This document shows positions 40,101 through 49,500 of a stretch of DNA of 64,000 nt, piece after piece. The notes beneath the pieces were generated by a model that worked only from the letters and a program-made list of their open reading frames with translations, did not search any database and had not been told where the DNA came from. The translations under genes were made by a program, and so were the position numbers. Position 1 is the stretch's first letter, and every line of letters begins with the position of its first letter. The stretch comes from Candidatus Poribacteria bacterium (GTDB lineage: Bacteria; Poribacteria; WGA-4E; WGA-3G). The stretch is from NCBI GenBank assembly GCA_965197475.1, contig CBDANF010000003.1, forward strand, positions 1,472,001-1,536,000, given 5' to 3'.

Positions 40101-43100
40101 GCTCCTTTGCACAGATATCAACGGGTTATTCGACAGATACAGGTGTGTCAGGTTGGTAAGATTGTGAAAGGGTCTGTCTGGCAGTGAATTCAACTGATTG
40201 CTGCTTAGGTTCAGTGTTGTCAGATGAGTAAGATTGTCAAAGAGCCCCTCTGGTAATGAACTCAACTGGTTGTTGTTTATGTAAAGTTCTTGCAGGTTGG
40301 TGTTATTGTCAAAAATGCCGACTGGTAAAGTGCTGATAACGTTGCTGCTTAGGTTCAGTGTTGTCAGATGAGTAAGATTGTCAAAGATCCTATCGGGTAT
40401 TGAACTCAACTTATTCCCATCCAAACGGATTTCTATGAGGTTATCCAGTCCGTCAAAATCACCGTATTTCAGTTCTGTAAGAGCCTGTGAATCACTAAAC
40501 CAATTGCCTCCAAGGTCTAAGTTAGACCCGCCAGAAGACGCATTTAGGGTGGTAATAGCTGTTAGATGTGCTTCCGTAACAAAGTGCCCCATATTATAAT
40601 TTTTCTTAGAATAAACACCATCAATTATGTATTCCCTCTCTACATTATGTAAAGTAGGATCTATCTCAGGTACTGATCCGATGATAGCATCAAGTATCTT
40701 TGGCGAACGTTCTGATACGGGTGTGGGGGCTCCAGGTAAGGCACTTATTACTGTTAGCGGTAATGATGATCTTAAGAATTCATGTACTATTCGACCGTCA
40801 GAGTTTGATAGACTCGGCAATGATACAATGTCTACAATAACTGCAGCAGTTGTGTTAGGAGTACGAGTCATTGTGAGAAGTCCACTTTCTGAATTACCTT
40901 TGGGTATCGTGATGCTGGTTGCACCACCATTGATACTACCATTTGCAAAGATAAGAGGTAGTTCCAAGTCAATCGGTGCAGGGGTTGGTAAAACAGCCTT
41001 AAATTGACCTTCACCAATCTTTTCCAATCCTATGGATAGAGGATAAGGCTTATTTTTGTGATTGAGATATAAAAGCGAGGTAAGGTTATCAAATATACCC
41101 GGTGGTAAGCTCGTTAGATAGTTGTTAAACAGGTGGAGCCTTTCAAGTGCTGTGAGGTTATCAAATATGCCAGCTGGTAATGTCGTTAGAAGGTTGTTAT
41201 GCAGGTGGAGGATTTCAAGTGCTGTGAGGTTATCAAATATGCCAGCTGGTAATGTCGTTAGAAGGTTGTTATGCAGGTGGAGGATTTCAAGTGCTGTGAG
41301 GTTATCAAATAATCCCTGTGGCAACGATGATAACGGGGTGTTATGCAGGTAGAGCACTTCCAACTCACTGAGGTTATCAAATATGCCAGCTGGTAATGTC
41401 GTTAGAAGGTTGTTATGCAGGTAAAGACCTTTAAGCGATGTGAGGTTATCAAATAAACCCTGTGGCAACGATGATAACTGGTTGTAAGACAGGGAGAGAC
41501 TTTCAAGTGCTGTGAGGTTATCAAATATACTCGGTGGCAACGATGATAACTGGTTGCCAGAACTGTAGAGAGACAGGTAGAGCCCTTCCAATGCGGTGAG
41601 GTCATCAAACAAACCCTGTGGCAACGATGATAACTGGTTGCCAGACAGGTCGAGCCTTTGAAGTGCTGTCAAACCACTGAAATCGCCGTGTTTTAGAGAT
41701 GTAATGTTTTGACGACGCAGATATAAATACGTAATTCCAGCAAGATGACTGGCGGTGATATCCGCAATACTCGAAACATTAAGATCATTTGATTTGACCG
41801 CGTTGAGAATCGCTTCTGCTACCTGCGGTGTCCGAACACCGAAAATATACTGGGATGCCGCCGTTGCAGTGAATGTAATCGTCTGCGAAACGTCTTGCAC
41901 ACTGACATCCACGGTGCTTATGCCTACTATATTGCCAAGCGTCAGTGTGCTTTCTGCTATACCGTCTGCATTGGTCGTGACGTTTATTGTGCTGAGTGTA
42001 CCACCCCCTGCTGTGACAGAAAACGTTACAGGCACACCTTCAAATGCTACATCGCTTGCATCCCGCACTTCCACAACAAACGGCTGTGCAAGCGTTGTGC
42101 CGATGTCCGCCTGCTGTGTATCCCCTGATATTTTCTCAACTGCTGTTACCGTGCGATTGTCAAAGTCTACAATAACATTTCTCACCTGCAGTGTAGGTAT
42201 GTGCGTATAGATAGATGGATAACTCAACAGATTACCCCGCGCATCTATCTCGTCATCCATCCCCAATTCTGTGTTTGCCACTAACGGTGATAGATCGGAT
42301 ACAGCGTTATTCTGAAAATATAACTTTCCCAGACTGGTCAAGTTTTGGACAGCGGATATATCCGATATGCTGTTGTTCGGCATATCTAACCACTCAAGAT
42401 TGATTAGGTTCTGAATAGACGATATACCTGATATTGTGTTATTGCCGATGACGAGTTCTGTTAGGTTCGTTAAGCCTGCAACCGCAGAAATATCCGTAAT
42501 AGTGTTTTCATTCAGATATAACTGTGTCAAATTTATCAGATTTGATACCGTTGATATATCTGTAATACTATTTTCATTGAGTCGCAGCTGCGTGAGATTT
42601 ATCAAACCTGATAAATGAGATATATCTGAAATACTGTTCCCCCATAAATATAGCTTAGATAAATTCGTTAAGCCTGATAGAGAGGAAAAGTTCGTGATAT
42701 TGTTATCCCACAGCTGCAACTCTGCGAGGTTCGTCAGTCCCGCAAGTGCAGATATATCCGAAACCGAGTTGTCGCCAAGAATGAGCGTTGTCAGATTGGT
42801 GGCTGTCTCAAGTCCTGTTAAGTTGTTGATACTGGCAGCTTGGGCATTCAACGTCGTGAGTGTTTCCATCTCTGTTTCTGAAATAGTGGCACCAGATGTT
42901 TTACCGAGCGCGGATTCTATTTTTGCACGTAGATTCGCATCGGGAATGTCTACGATAACCTCTGCAGGTGCGGTTACGGTGACACTGACGGCAATGGAGC
43001 AATTGTTATCAGTATTACTCTCACCGGTGACACTATCCACGCAGGCACCGTAATAGTAAGTGCCAGGGGTTGTTGGTGCAGTAACTGTAATATAGCGACG

Positions 43101-44531
43101 GATGGTGTCATTTACACCCAGTGGGTTACTGGGGTATCCACGGATCTGCGTATCCTCTGTCGAGATGACTGCATCCGAGGAGCGATAATACGTTAGGGTT
43201 GTCGCACTCGATTCTGCTGTGCCAGCATTTCTGAGGGTTGCATAGAGTCTAAACTGCTCTCCAGGTTCAACGGTATCGGGAACTGCCTCCACCGCTTCAA
43301 CGACCAAGTCAGGTGTTGATGGGACAACTTCTGCGGGGATACCGAGGGCAATACCGTCTGGAACATTCAACCCAGTGATGACGTCCTCAACGTTTGAACC
43401 ATCCAAGTTCGCACGCTGGATTTTACCGTTAGTAAACCTTTCCGTAGCAGGATTCCAGTCCGTATGTGTCCAATACATCTTTCCACCCACAACATCTAAT
43501 GCTATACCCCATGGAGCCTCCAGTCCGCTTGTGATGAGGTCTTGCACATTAGAGCCATCAAGGTTGGCACGTTGGATTTTATCCGTGCCATGGTCTATCC
43601 AGTACATCTTACCACCCGATACATCTAACGCTATACCTCTTGGAATGCTCAATCCCTGTGTAACGAGGTCTTCGACGTTGGAACCATCCAAATTCGCACG
43701 TTGGATTTTACTAGGACGCAAATTTGTCCAGTACATCTTACCACCCGACACGTCTAACGTTAAACCTGTTGGAGCGTCCAATCCCTGTGTAACGAGGTCT
43801 TCGACGTTGGAACCATCCAAATTCGCACGTTGGATTTTATCTGTCTGATTATCTACCCAGTACATCTTACCACCCGCTATATCTAACGCTATACCAAATG
43901 GAGAAGTTAGTCCGCTTGTGACGAGGTCTTGAACATTAGAGCCGTCAAGGTTTACGCGCTGGATTTTATCCGTGCCAGCATCTGTCCAATATATCGGTGG
44001 GCTATCGGGGTCAACGACAAGGACTTTGGGTTTGGTGGTTGCTGTCGGGGGTGTTGACGGTAAGTCTCCTGTGACCCGAAGAAGAGTTGAACTGACGTAT
44101 TTTTCCCTGACACCATCAACGTTCATCTCGATAACCACCGTGTATTCACCTGCGCTTGTTGGCGAATAGCCGCACAACTCTTGATCGCGTGCTGTAGTCG
44201 GAACATCAACCCATGGACTTGTTGAATTGTCTCGCCTTATCCATTTTGAACTGTGCATTTGGTAGCTGACACCGTTAATCGAAATGGTACCCTCGCCCTG
44301 TATACAACCTCCGATCCCAACACTTTGAAATAGACCTCCAATTCTGAAGACAATGCGATCTTCTGATACAGTAAGTCCGTCTAACACAGTATATCCGGTA
44401 GGTGGCGAGACGTAATTTTCGACGACTTCTATGCTTAATGCGTAACCAACACAAGGCAGCCCACATATCAACAATACCACTATAAGAATTGACATGTTGA
44501 TTTTTCGATTCACAACTAACATTTTCATCAT
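34104..44531 (-). CDS. Giant secreted repeat protein (YWTD/LDL-receptor class B, CARDB, internalin-type and typical LRRs, Big_1, cadherin, tandem ~107-aa repeats, FlgD/T9SS-like C-terminus)
   Basis: 3475 aa; KMYWTD...KIQRANLDGS repeats, PDLVVE, LPAGIFDGLTAL LRRs, NTAPVF...AEN...LDYE cadherins, NYPNPFNPETWIPY...RKMLIRK. Confidence 0.92.
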   Translation of the reverse strand: MMKMLVVNRKINMSILIVVLLICGLPCVGYALSIEVVENYVSPPTGYTVLDGLTVSEDRIVFRIGGLFQSVGIGGCIQGEGTISINGVSYQMHSSKWIRRDNSTSPWVDVPTTARDQELCGYSPTSAGEYTVVIEMNVDGVREKYVSSTLLRVTGDLPSTPPTATTKPKVLVVDPDSPPIYWTDAGTDKIQRVNLDGSNVQDLVTSGLTSPFGIALDIAGGKMYWVDNQTDKIQRANLDGSNVEDLVTQGLDAPTGLTLDVSGGKMYWTNLRPSKIQRANLDGSNVEDLVTQGLSIPRGIALDVSGGKMYWIDHGTDKIQRANLDGSNVQDLITSGLEAPWGIALDVVGGKMYWTHTDWNPATERFTNGKIQRANLDGSNVEDVITGLNVPDGIALGIPAEVVPSTPDLVVEAVEAVPDTVEPGEQFRLYATLRNAGTAESSATTLTYYRSSDAVISTEDTQIRGYPSNPLGVNDTIRRYITVTAPTTPGTYYYGACVDSVTGESNTDNNCSIAVSVTVTAPAEVIVDIPDANLRAKIESALGKTSGATISETEMETLTTLNAQAASINNLTGLETATNLTTLILGDNSVSDISALAGLTNLAELQLWDNNITNFSSLSGLTNLSKLYLWGNSISDISHLSGLINLTQLRLNENSITDISTVSNLINLTQLYLNENTITDISAVAGLTNLTELVIGNNTISGISSIQNLINLEWLDMPNNSISDISAVQNLTSLGKLYFQNNAVSDLSPLVANTELGMDDEIDARGNLLSYPSIYTHIPTLQVRNVIVDFDNRTVTAVEKISGDTQQADIGTTLAQPFVVEVRDASDVAFEGVPVTFSVTAGGGTLSTINVTTNADGIAESTLTLGNIVGISTVDVSVQDVSQTITFTATAASQYIFGVRTPQVAEAILNAVKSNDLNVSSIADITASHLAGITYLYLRRQNITSLKHGDFSGLTALQRLDLSGNQLSSLPQGLFDDLTALEGLYLSLYSSGNQLSSLPPSIFDNLTALESLSLSYNQLSSLPQGLFDNLTSLKGLYLHNNLLTTLPAGIFDNLSELEVLYLHNTPLSSLPQGLFDNLTALEILHLHNNLLTTLPAGIFDNLTALEILHLHNNLLTTLPAGIFDNLTALERLHLFNNYLTSLPPGIFDNLTSLLYLNHKNKPYPLSIGLEKIGEGQFKAVLPTPAPIDLELPLIFANGSINGGATSITIPKGNSESGLLTMTRTPNTTAAVIVDIVSLPSLSNSDGRIVHEFLRSSLPLTVISALPGAPTPVSERSPKILDAIIGSVPEIDPTLHNVEREYIIDGVYSKKNYNMGHFVTEAHLTAITTLNASSGGSNLDLGGNWFSDSQALTELKYGDFDGLDNLIEIRLDGNKLSSIPDRIFDNLTHLTTLNLSSNVISTLPVGIFDNNTNLQELYINNNQLSSLPEGLFDNLTHLTTLNLSSNQLNSLPDRPFHNLTNLTHLYLSNNPLISVQRSDFDHLTNLIVLTLPDDISGTQVPDFSGDTPVTDRTQQVQDAIVAAVPGVNTATDITEVHLAAITVLDLTNKNITELKPGDFDGMPNLDALGLDNNEFTTLPDNIFQYLTNLRTLFISNTNLNSLPITIFDTFTNLNVLNLSSNELNSIPDGIFDNLTKLVILDMSNNQLRMLPAGLFENLPSLNAVNLANNQFRSLTTGIFKGIFDDRDDFTIKAFYIYLITGEVISQDSIIPDDLVIPDTTINLKGNPVDPLPLSVGLEHAGDGQFKAVVPSGAPFDLELTLRIAYGVIDVGVENITIPVGDVESEIFSVSRIPGTTFAVTADIETLPQLAEKHSGYTLVKSDDLPLVFNEFGGEVFTPISHRTPQVVNAIVDAIPDVNSAAEVTKSHLTVIEELDISDQNITTLKHGDFDGLTSLNTLTIFDCELISLPADIFNGLTALETLGLSGNPLTTLPAGIFDGLTSLTKLAIENNQLNTLPLGVFDRLIELISIHMPGNNITSLPVGVFEGLTALQGINLSHNQLTTLPAGVFEGLTILQEIDLSHNQLTTLPAGVFEGLTALQGIGLTGNALTALPAGIFDGLTSLNGLQLSEIGVDPLPLNISLEKVADGQFKAVAPAGATFTIVLPISVTNGSIVGGASTITISVGSVESEVLTVTRTPDTTGAVTVNIGTLPNLPSNHAGYTLVKSADLPLSYPLPEIRSLLGNRTPQVRDAIVEAVPGVNNAADVTEAHLAAITVLNLSNKGITALKSGDFDGLTALTTIRLWDNELTTLPADIFDGLTALDNLYLRDNELTTLPADIFDGLTTLTTLYLSNNSFTTLPADIFDGLTALDSLALYANSFTTLPADIFDGLTALDSLYLYANELTTLPAGIFDDITALTTLHLGNNAFTTLPAGIFDRLTSLSELSLANNDLSALPDGIFKGLNRLSLVSLGGNTVDPFPINVSLEKVADGQFKAVAPTGAPFDIVLLISVTDGSISGGTTNITISAGSVESEVFTVSRTTGTTDAVLVDIDTLPELPHNHSGYAFVKSAELPLAVFDAVVTNTAPVFTDGSSTTRSVAENTESGQNIGTPVSAADADSGDTLTYSLSGTDAAAFSIDTATGQLQTMAALDYETQSSFSVIITVSDARGGTDTIEITINITDVAETESVGTDTTTNVCQVGDILTPGQSCTYPDSEAVFSVSEDGRSKWNIPNLPWLLSWINQVSNDDSMSISATVDNKEYRFVATKVDGNSWEIKEIADNRSNTQPDDATLNNAPVFSDGDSTTRSIAENTAAGENIGTAVAATDADSEDTLTYSLTGTDAAAFSIDTSTGQLQTNAALDYETKSSYSVTVSVSDGNGGTDSIDITINITDVSETDVSDQNYCAVGDLLEPGDSCIDPGTNSTFTVRENGSASHVGGGLFQIAQGKNTIIQSKGTINGVKHNFVAERIDGNTWQIKEVTPKEEIKESEELEEVEVVEDDEDESEPQSVGATPTLTVSKGASLTEATLHGSVITLKLVNGVFDRSSVTIRNAITLSGITGVTVDTFGVTRVGDTQVTIELEYEGNLTVDDTLTVSVGAAAIKDYDGDNLIAQIPVTANTESVSASTTEPLTEATLHGSVVTLTLSGRKYASSIDIRNAVSVSGIAGVTIPWHDPDKESDTEATIKLEFDGTNFDTNATLTITVEAEAIAGYNGPALTTQISVAAVSESVAASTAAPLTEAALDGSVITLTLSGRKFERSIFVISDAVSVTGISGVTVGTFDIDRQSDTEITIELTFDGNLTTDGTLTITVGADAIAGYNGPALTTQISVAAVSESVSASTAAPLTEAALDGSVITLTLSGRKFERSIFVISDAVSVTGISGVTVGTFDIDRQSDTEITIELTFDGNLTTDGTLTITVGADAIAEYNGPALTAQVTVTASRENALAANYPNPFNPETWIPYQLSKPADVTLTIYDIKGHVVRTLDLGHQRAGLYQARSRAAHWDGRNNIGEKVASGVYFYMFTAGDFTATRKMLIRK
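34426..35096. repeat. Near-identical 321-bp tandem intragenic duplication
   Basis: AGTGCTGGTCCGTTGTAT recurs every 321 bp; two encoded 107-aa units are essentially identical. Confidence 0.9.
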
Positions 44532-44641
44532 AAACTCCTTTTGAGTGATTTTCCGATTGCAATGTGCAATCGGGGTATTGAATGGAAGGCTGGAAGCGTG
44601 TTATCTTCATCTTCTAACCTTCCATGTTTCTCTAATATGCG

Positions 44642-47600
44642 TTACTTCCGTATCAACATCTTGCGGGTTGCGGTGAAATCGCCTGCGGTGAGGGTGTAAA
44701 AATAGACACCACTTGCAGCAGGTTCACCGACTGCGTTTCTGCCATCCCAATGCGCAGCACGGCTGCGAGCCTGATACAGGCCTGCACGCTGATGCCCCAA
44801 ATCTAAGACACGTATAACATGTCCCTTGATGTCATATATCGTCAGTGTGACATCGGCAGGTTTTGACAACTGATACGGTATCCACGTCTCTGGGTTGAAC
44901 GGGTTCGGATAATTCGCAAGCAGTGCGGTTTCTTCCGGTGTGAACAGTGCCAAGAGTCGCTCCAGAACAGCAATACCCCGTTGGTAGGTGCGAGAGGTGT
45001 TTCCTGATGCGCGTGCCTCAATGAGATATCCTTGGAGTTGTGCTTTCGTGAAATGTGATTGCACATGCGCGCGGGCAGCGGGTGCAGCTGCCGCACTGTC
45101 TACCGCGGCCGCAACCAAGATGAAATCGTCCACGTTGACAATTTCATCTCCGTTGACATCCGCAGCATTGCTCCCGGTACGTCCATACCGTTGTGCGACT
45201 ACAATCAGATCATTAACATCCACAATCCCATCACGGTTCACGTCCTCCTTTACGATTGCGGGATTAACTGGAGAAAAAATGCCAATGGCTATGCCGTCTG
45301 GCCTGTCTAATCCTTGTGTGACGAGGTCTTCGATGTTTGAGCCGTCCAAGTTCGCACGTTGGATTTTATCTGTGCCAAAATCTGTCCAATACATCTTGCC
45401 ACCCACAACATCTAACGCTATGCTCCTTGGATATCTCAATCCTTGTGTGACAAGGTCTTCAACATTGGATCCATCCAGGTTTGCCCGTTGGATTTTATCT
45501 GTGCCAAAATCTGTCCAATACATCTTGCCACCTACCTCGTCTAACGCTATGCCCCTTGGCAAGCTCAATCCTTGTGTGACAAGGTCTTGAACGTCTGATC
45601 CATCAAAGTTTGCCCGTTGGATTTTTGTTGTGCCAAAATCCGTCCAATACATCTTGCCATCCACAACATTTAACGCTATACCCCTTGGCTCCTCCAATCC
45701 TTGTGTGACAAGGTCTTCAACATTGGATCCATCCAGGTTGGCACGTTGGATTTTATCTGTGCCATTATCAGTCCAATACATCTTGCCACCCACAACATCT
45801 AACGCTATGCTCCCTGGATATCTCAATCCTTGTGTGACAAGGTCTTCAACATTGGATCCATCCAGGTTTGCCCGTTGGATTTTATCTGTGCCAAAATCTG
45901 TCCAATACATCTTGCCACCTGCCACGTCTAACGCTATGCCCCTTGGCAAGCTCAATCCTTGTGTGACAAGGTCTTGAACGTCTGATCCATCAAGGTTTGC
46001 CCGTTGGATTTTTGTTGTGCCAAAATCCGTCCAAAAAATGGTTAGCCGAGCTTCATCTCTATTTGCAGTGACAAGTATTTCTGTGGTTAGCGCGGTGCCT
46101 TTATGGTTAGTTATCGCACCATCGGCAACGTTGAAGGTTAGTGGGGTATCAGTGAATAAGTCAGTACCATCAAATTTTAGTTCAAACGTCACTTGTCTAT
46201 CACTGATACGTTGCACTGTATCGGTATCTAAGGTTACACCGTTGATACCAGAAACGTTCACCGCCTCTTTGATTGTGGCAATATCCTCCTCAAAAGCGGC
46301 CCCCGTAATTGCTAACTTGACAGTGCTCCCATTCAACGTTGCTTCTGTCAACGGAGACACGGCCGAAGCGGAAATAAATTCTTTCAAAGCAGTGACAGGT
46401 ATTTCTGTCGTAATATCTTCACCTATATTGTTGGCTATTGCTCCTGTTGCGATGCTAAAGGTGAGTGCGGAATTCGTATCAAAATCGGTGTCATCATAAT
46501 TCAGTTCAACTGTAATTTCTGTATCGCTAATACGTTGCGCAGTAGTGGTATCTAAGGTTACACCACTTATGCCAGAGACCTTCAACGCCTCTCTAATTGT
46601 GGAGATGTCTTGTTCATAAGCGGCACCAGTCAGTGTCAGGGTGACAGTGCTTCCATCCAGCGTCGTTTCTGTCAACGAAGACACAACCGAAGCAGAAACA
46701 CCTTCTTTGATAGTGGTTACAGATATTTCTGTCGTAATATCTTCACCTATATTGTTGGCTATTGCTCCTGTTGCGATGCTAAAGGTGAGTGTGGAATCCG
46801 TATCAAAATCGGTGTCATCATAATCCAGTTCAACTGTAATTTCTGTATCGCTAATACGTTGCGCAGTAATGGTATCTAAGGTTACACCGTTGATACCAGA
46901 GACGGTTACTGCCTCTTTGATTTTGGAGATGTCCTGCTCAAAAACAGCATCTGTAAGGATTAGCGTGACAGTGCTTCCATCCAGCGTCGTTTCTGTCAAT
47001 GGAGACACGACCGAAGCAGAAACAAACTCTTTCACAGCAGTGACAGGTATTTCTGAGGTAAGTGTTTCTCCTATGTCACCTACGATAGCTGATGCATCAA
47101 TACTAAAGGTAAGGACTGTATCCGTGTCAAAGTCAGTATCATCAAAATCCAGTCCAACCGTTATTTCTCTATCGCTGAGGCGTTGTGCTGTAGCAGTGTC
47201 TATCGTTACGCCATCGATACCTGTTACCGTCACGGCATTTATGATCGTGGCAACGTCCGCCTCGTAAGCACCAGTACCCCAACTTAATGTCAATGTGATC
47301 ATACTCTCATCCAAAGTTGTCTCTGTCAACGGAGGTGTAGCGGATGCAAATACGCCTTTATAAGGGGTGACTGGGACTTCTGCAGTGAGTGCGGGACCGT
47401 CGTAGTTATCGATTGCAGCTGCTTCAACGGTGAAGGTGAGCGTGGCATCGGTCTCAAAGTCACCGTCAAATTTAAGCTCAACCGTGACCGTTGTGTCATT
47501 TACTCTATTCACCCGTTCTACCTGCCTGTATCTGGTTTCATAGTATCCCGCACACCATCCGACACAGAACGGATTGAACGGGACGAATTGCCTGTAGCTC

Positions 47601-47869
47601 TCCTGATGTCCATTGAGAAGGACCCCTTCAATGCCTGACACTGATAGCGCATCTGTGATACTTTTCTCGCTCTCGATCCATGTCTGATCGGTCAGTTTCA
47701 ACGTCACCGTCTGCCCATCCAAGTCCGCCTCTGTCAACGTCTGTACTGTTTCTACTTGCAATTCAACAGCAGGATCAGCGGCGGAACTCACGCCTTGTAA
47801 TCCACATAGCAACACTAACATCACGAGAATTGACAAAATAATTTTCCTATTCGTAACTAACATTTTCAT
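44642..47869 (-). CDS. Secreted repeat protein (tandem ~108-aa repeats, YWTD propeller, dockerin-like, FlgD/T9SS-like C-terminus)
   Basis: AAGGAG RBS; signal peptide similar to the 3475-aa gene; LTE.TLDGS repeats; six YWTD repeats; EDVNRDGIVDVND / ADVNGDEIVNVDD; NYPNPFNPETW tail. Confidence 0.9.
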   Translation of the reverse strand: MKMLVTNRKIILSILVMLVLLCGLQGVSSAADPAVELQVETVQTLTEADLDGQTVTLKLTDQTWIESEKSITDALSVSGIEGVLLNGHQESYRQFVPFNPFCVGWCAGYYETRYRQVERVNRVNDTTVTVELKFDGDFETDATLTFTVEAAAIDNYDGPALTAEVPVTPYKGVFASATPPLTETTLDESMITLTLSWGTGAYEADVATIINAVTVTGIDGVTIDTATAQRLSDREITVGLDFDDTDFDTDTVLTFSIDASAIVGDIGETLTSEIPVTAVKEFVSASVVSPLTETTLDGSTVTLILTDAVFEQDISKIKEAVTVSGINGVTLDTITAQRISDTEITVELDYDDTDFDTDSTLTFSIATGAIANNIGEDITTEISVTTIKEGVSASVVSSLTETTLDGSTVTLTLTGAAYEQDISTIREALKVSGISGVTLDTTTAQRISDTEITVELNYDDTDFDTNSALTFSIATGAIANNIGEDITTEIPVTALKEFISASAVSPLTEATLNGSTVKLAITGAAFEEDIATIKEAVNVSGINGVTLDTDTVQRISDRQVTFELKFDGTDLFTDTPLTFNVADGAITNHKGTALTTEILVTANRDEARLTIFWTDFGTTKIQRANLDGSDVQDLVTQGLSLPRGIALDVAGGKMYWTDFGTDKIQRANLDGSNVEDLVTQGLRYPGSIALDVVGGKMYWTDNGTDKIQRANLDGSNVEDLVTQGLEEPRGIALNVVDGKMYWTDFGTTKIQRANFDGSDVQDLVTQGLSLPRGIALDEVGGKMYWTDFGTDKIQRANLDGSNVEDLVTQGLRYPRSIALDVVGGKMYWTDFGTDKIQRANLDGSNIEDLVTQGLDRPDGIAIGIFSPVNPAIVKEDVNRDGIVDVNDLIVVAQRYGRTGSNAADVNGDEIVNVDDFILVAAAVDSAAAAPAARAHVQSHFTKAQLQGYLIEARASGNTSRTYQRGIAVLERLLALFTPEETALLANYPNPFNPETWIPYQLSKPADVTLTIYDIKGHVIRVLDLGHQRAGLYQARSRAAHWDGRNAVGEPAASGVYFYTLTAGDFTATRKMLIRK

Positions 47870-47963
47870 AAGAAACTCCTTTGTAAACATTCCTTGAAGA
47901 TCAGGTGGACAAAGCCACCCACCATTTTTGAAATAGGTTGTAGTTGAGTTGGTTAATGCATTC

Positions 47964-48194
47964 AGGACTTACGCAAAATCCTATTATACCAAATTTATTT
48001 GATTCATCGTCTTCACATACCGCTCCGCTGGAGCGGAAGACAGAAAACTCCGCGTGTACTATAAACATACCGCTCCGCTGGAGCGAAAGAGTGAAAAAAG
48101 CACTGGAAAAAACAAGACGAATTACGTTAATTTGGTATTATTTGTAGTTGCGGCGAGGTCAGAAAACCTGCTTACTATGGGGTGCGTAGGTCCT
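47964..48194. mobile_element. MITE family B (AGGACTTACGCA ends) containing a nested MITE family A copy (47987-48137)
   Basis: AGGACTTACGCA ... TGCGTAGGTCCT; inner TTA|TACCAAATT...GTTAATTTGGTA|TTA with a duplicated ACATACCGCTCCGCTGGAGCG. Confidence 0.7.
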
Positions 48195-48401
48195 AAGTAA
48201 TTCCGAACGATCTTTCATGCAAGACAATTAGTTAGTTTTGTAAAATTAATATATAATTGACTTATATGAAGTATATGCCAGGCATTAAATAGAGTCAAGC
48301 AAAAAATGAAATTTAGTGGGGTTTTGGGAAAATTAGTCGGATTTTTAAGTGTTAAGGCATCATAATATCATCGGATAACATAATTCTAAAATGCGTAAGT
48401 C

Positions 48402-49500
48402 CTAGCATTTATATCCAACCGCTCCAAGTTCATTCCGAATTTTGTTTATTTCAGCAGTAGACAATTGACACAGTGGTCTGCGCATGGTCATTGATGGAAA
48501 TCTACCCATCAACCATCTGGCACACTTCATCCGCTGGTGTGCATCGCTACTCGGTTCACCGAAGTTATAAACAATCCGAGCCAAAGTATCTACCTGATTG
48601 CGTGCCTTACGTGCGCCTATCAAATCGTTGTTGAGCGCGGCGTGTACGACAGCAACCATCAATTCTGGGACAAATCCAGCAAATCCGATGAGCGCGCCGT
48701 CGCTGCCTTCTAAAAGTGAAGCAAGCAAATATTCGTCATGACAGGTTAAAATAGGGACATGCGGTGCAGCTTCTTTCAATTGTTCGTAATCCCACCGCCA
48801 ACGTGCCATGTCGCGGGTGCCCATTTTGATGCAGACAACTTGTGGAATTTTCACTATCTCCAACATCTCTTCAAGGCTATATCCCGCCTTTGTCCAAGCA
48901 GGGTATTGATGCATAATAATGGGTATATCCGCACCTTCAGCGACATCTTGAAAGTAACCGACTGCTGTTTCAGGTGTCCTACCGAAACGTAACCAGTGAT
49001 GCGCAGGCATCAACAGAATCGCATCTGCCCCCGCTTCCTTCGCTGCAAGTGCATCGTCAATTGCAGGCAAACTCCCTTCCGCACTAACGCCCGAAACAAC
49101 TTTAACCTTTTCACCAACAGCTTCGGCAGTGATTTGGGTGACGCGCTGCCGTTCATGTGGACAGAGCGACATGATTTCACCGGTGTGCCCGTTACAGACA
49201 ACCCCTTTTATGCCATCAACGCTGGCAAGTTCCTGCATATACCGACATAAACCGGCTTCATCAATTGATTCATCTGAATGGAAAGGACAGAGCGTTGCCG
49301 GAAGGACACCTGCCCATGGATGTTGTTGCCAATTATAGTAGATTTTAGAATTACTTGGACATTGTTATCGGTCCAGTTGGGAAACAGTTCCTACCGCATA
49401 TTTTGTAGCACAAACTTTTAGTTTGTGTCGTCCTTGCGCAAACTGAAAGTGGACGCTACAGCAGTGTCCAGATAATTACAGATTTTACTATAAGATTCAT
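48402..49500 (-). pseudogene. Dihydrodipicolinate synthase-family (class I aldolase) gene with a disrupted 5' end
   Basis: GVVCNGHTGE, QYP, IKMG motifs. The in-frame upstream NWQQHPWAGVLPATLCPF has no start; the probable ATG at 49500 (GAGG RBS) is separated by an insertion. Confidence 0.7.
49348..49479. mobile_element. MITE family C with an 8-bp target duplication
   Basis: GAATTACTTGGACA...TGTCCAGATAATTAC flanked by AGATTTTA (49340-49347, 49480-49487). Confidence 0.8.

Noticed and set aside
37480-41640. Regularly spaced 72-bp DNA repeats, superficially CRISPR-like
   Set aside because: They are in-frame LRR codons; no unique spacers, leader or cas genes
34416-47267. Many long + strand ORFs, up to 322 aa
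   Set aside because: Antisense shadows of the repeat-rich giant genes
34104-47869. Possible diversity-generating retroelement (near-identical segments, shared 3' ends)
   Set aside because: No reverse transcriptase in the window and I saw no adenine-specific mismatch pattern
48015-48085. Direct repeat ACATACCGCTCCGCTGGAGCG twice, as a mini-CRISPR
   Set aside because: Only two copies, inside a MITE; better explained as a REP-like doublet
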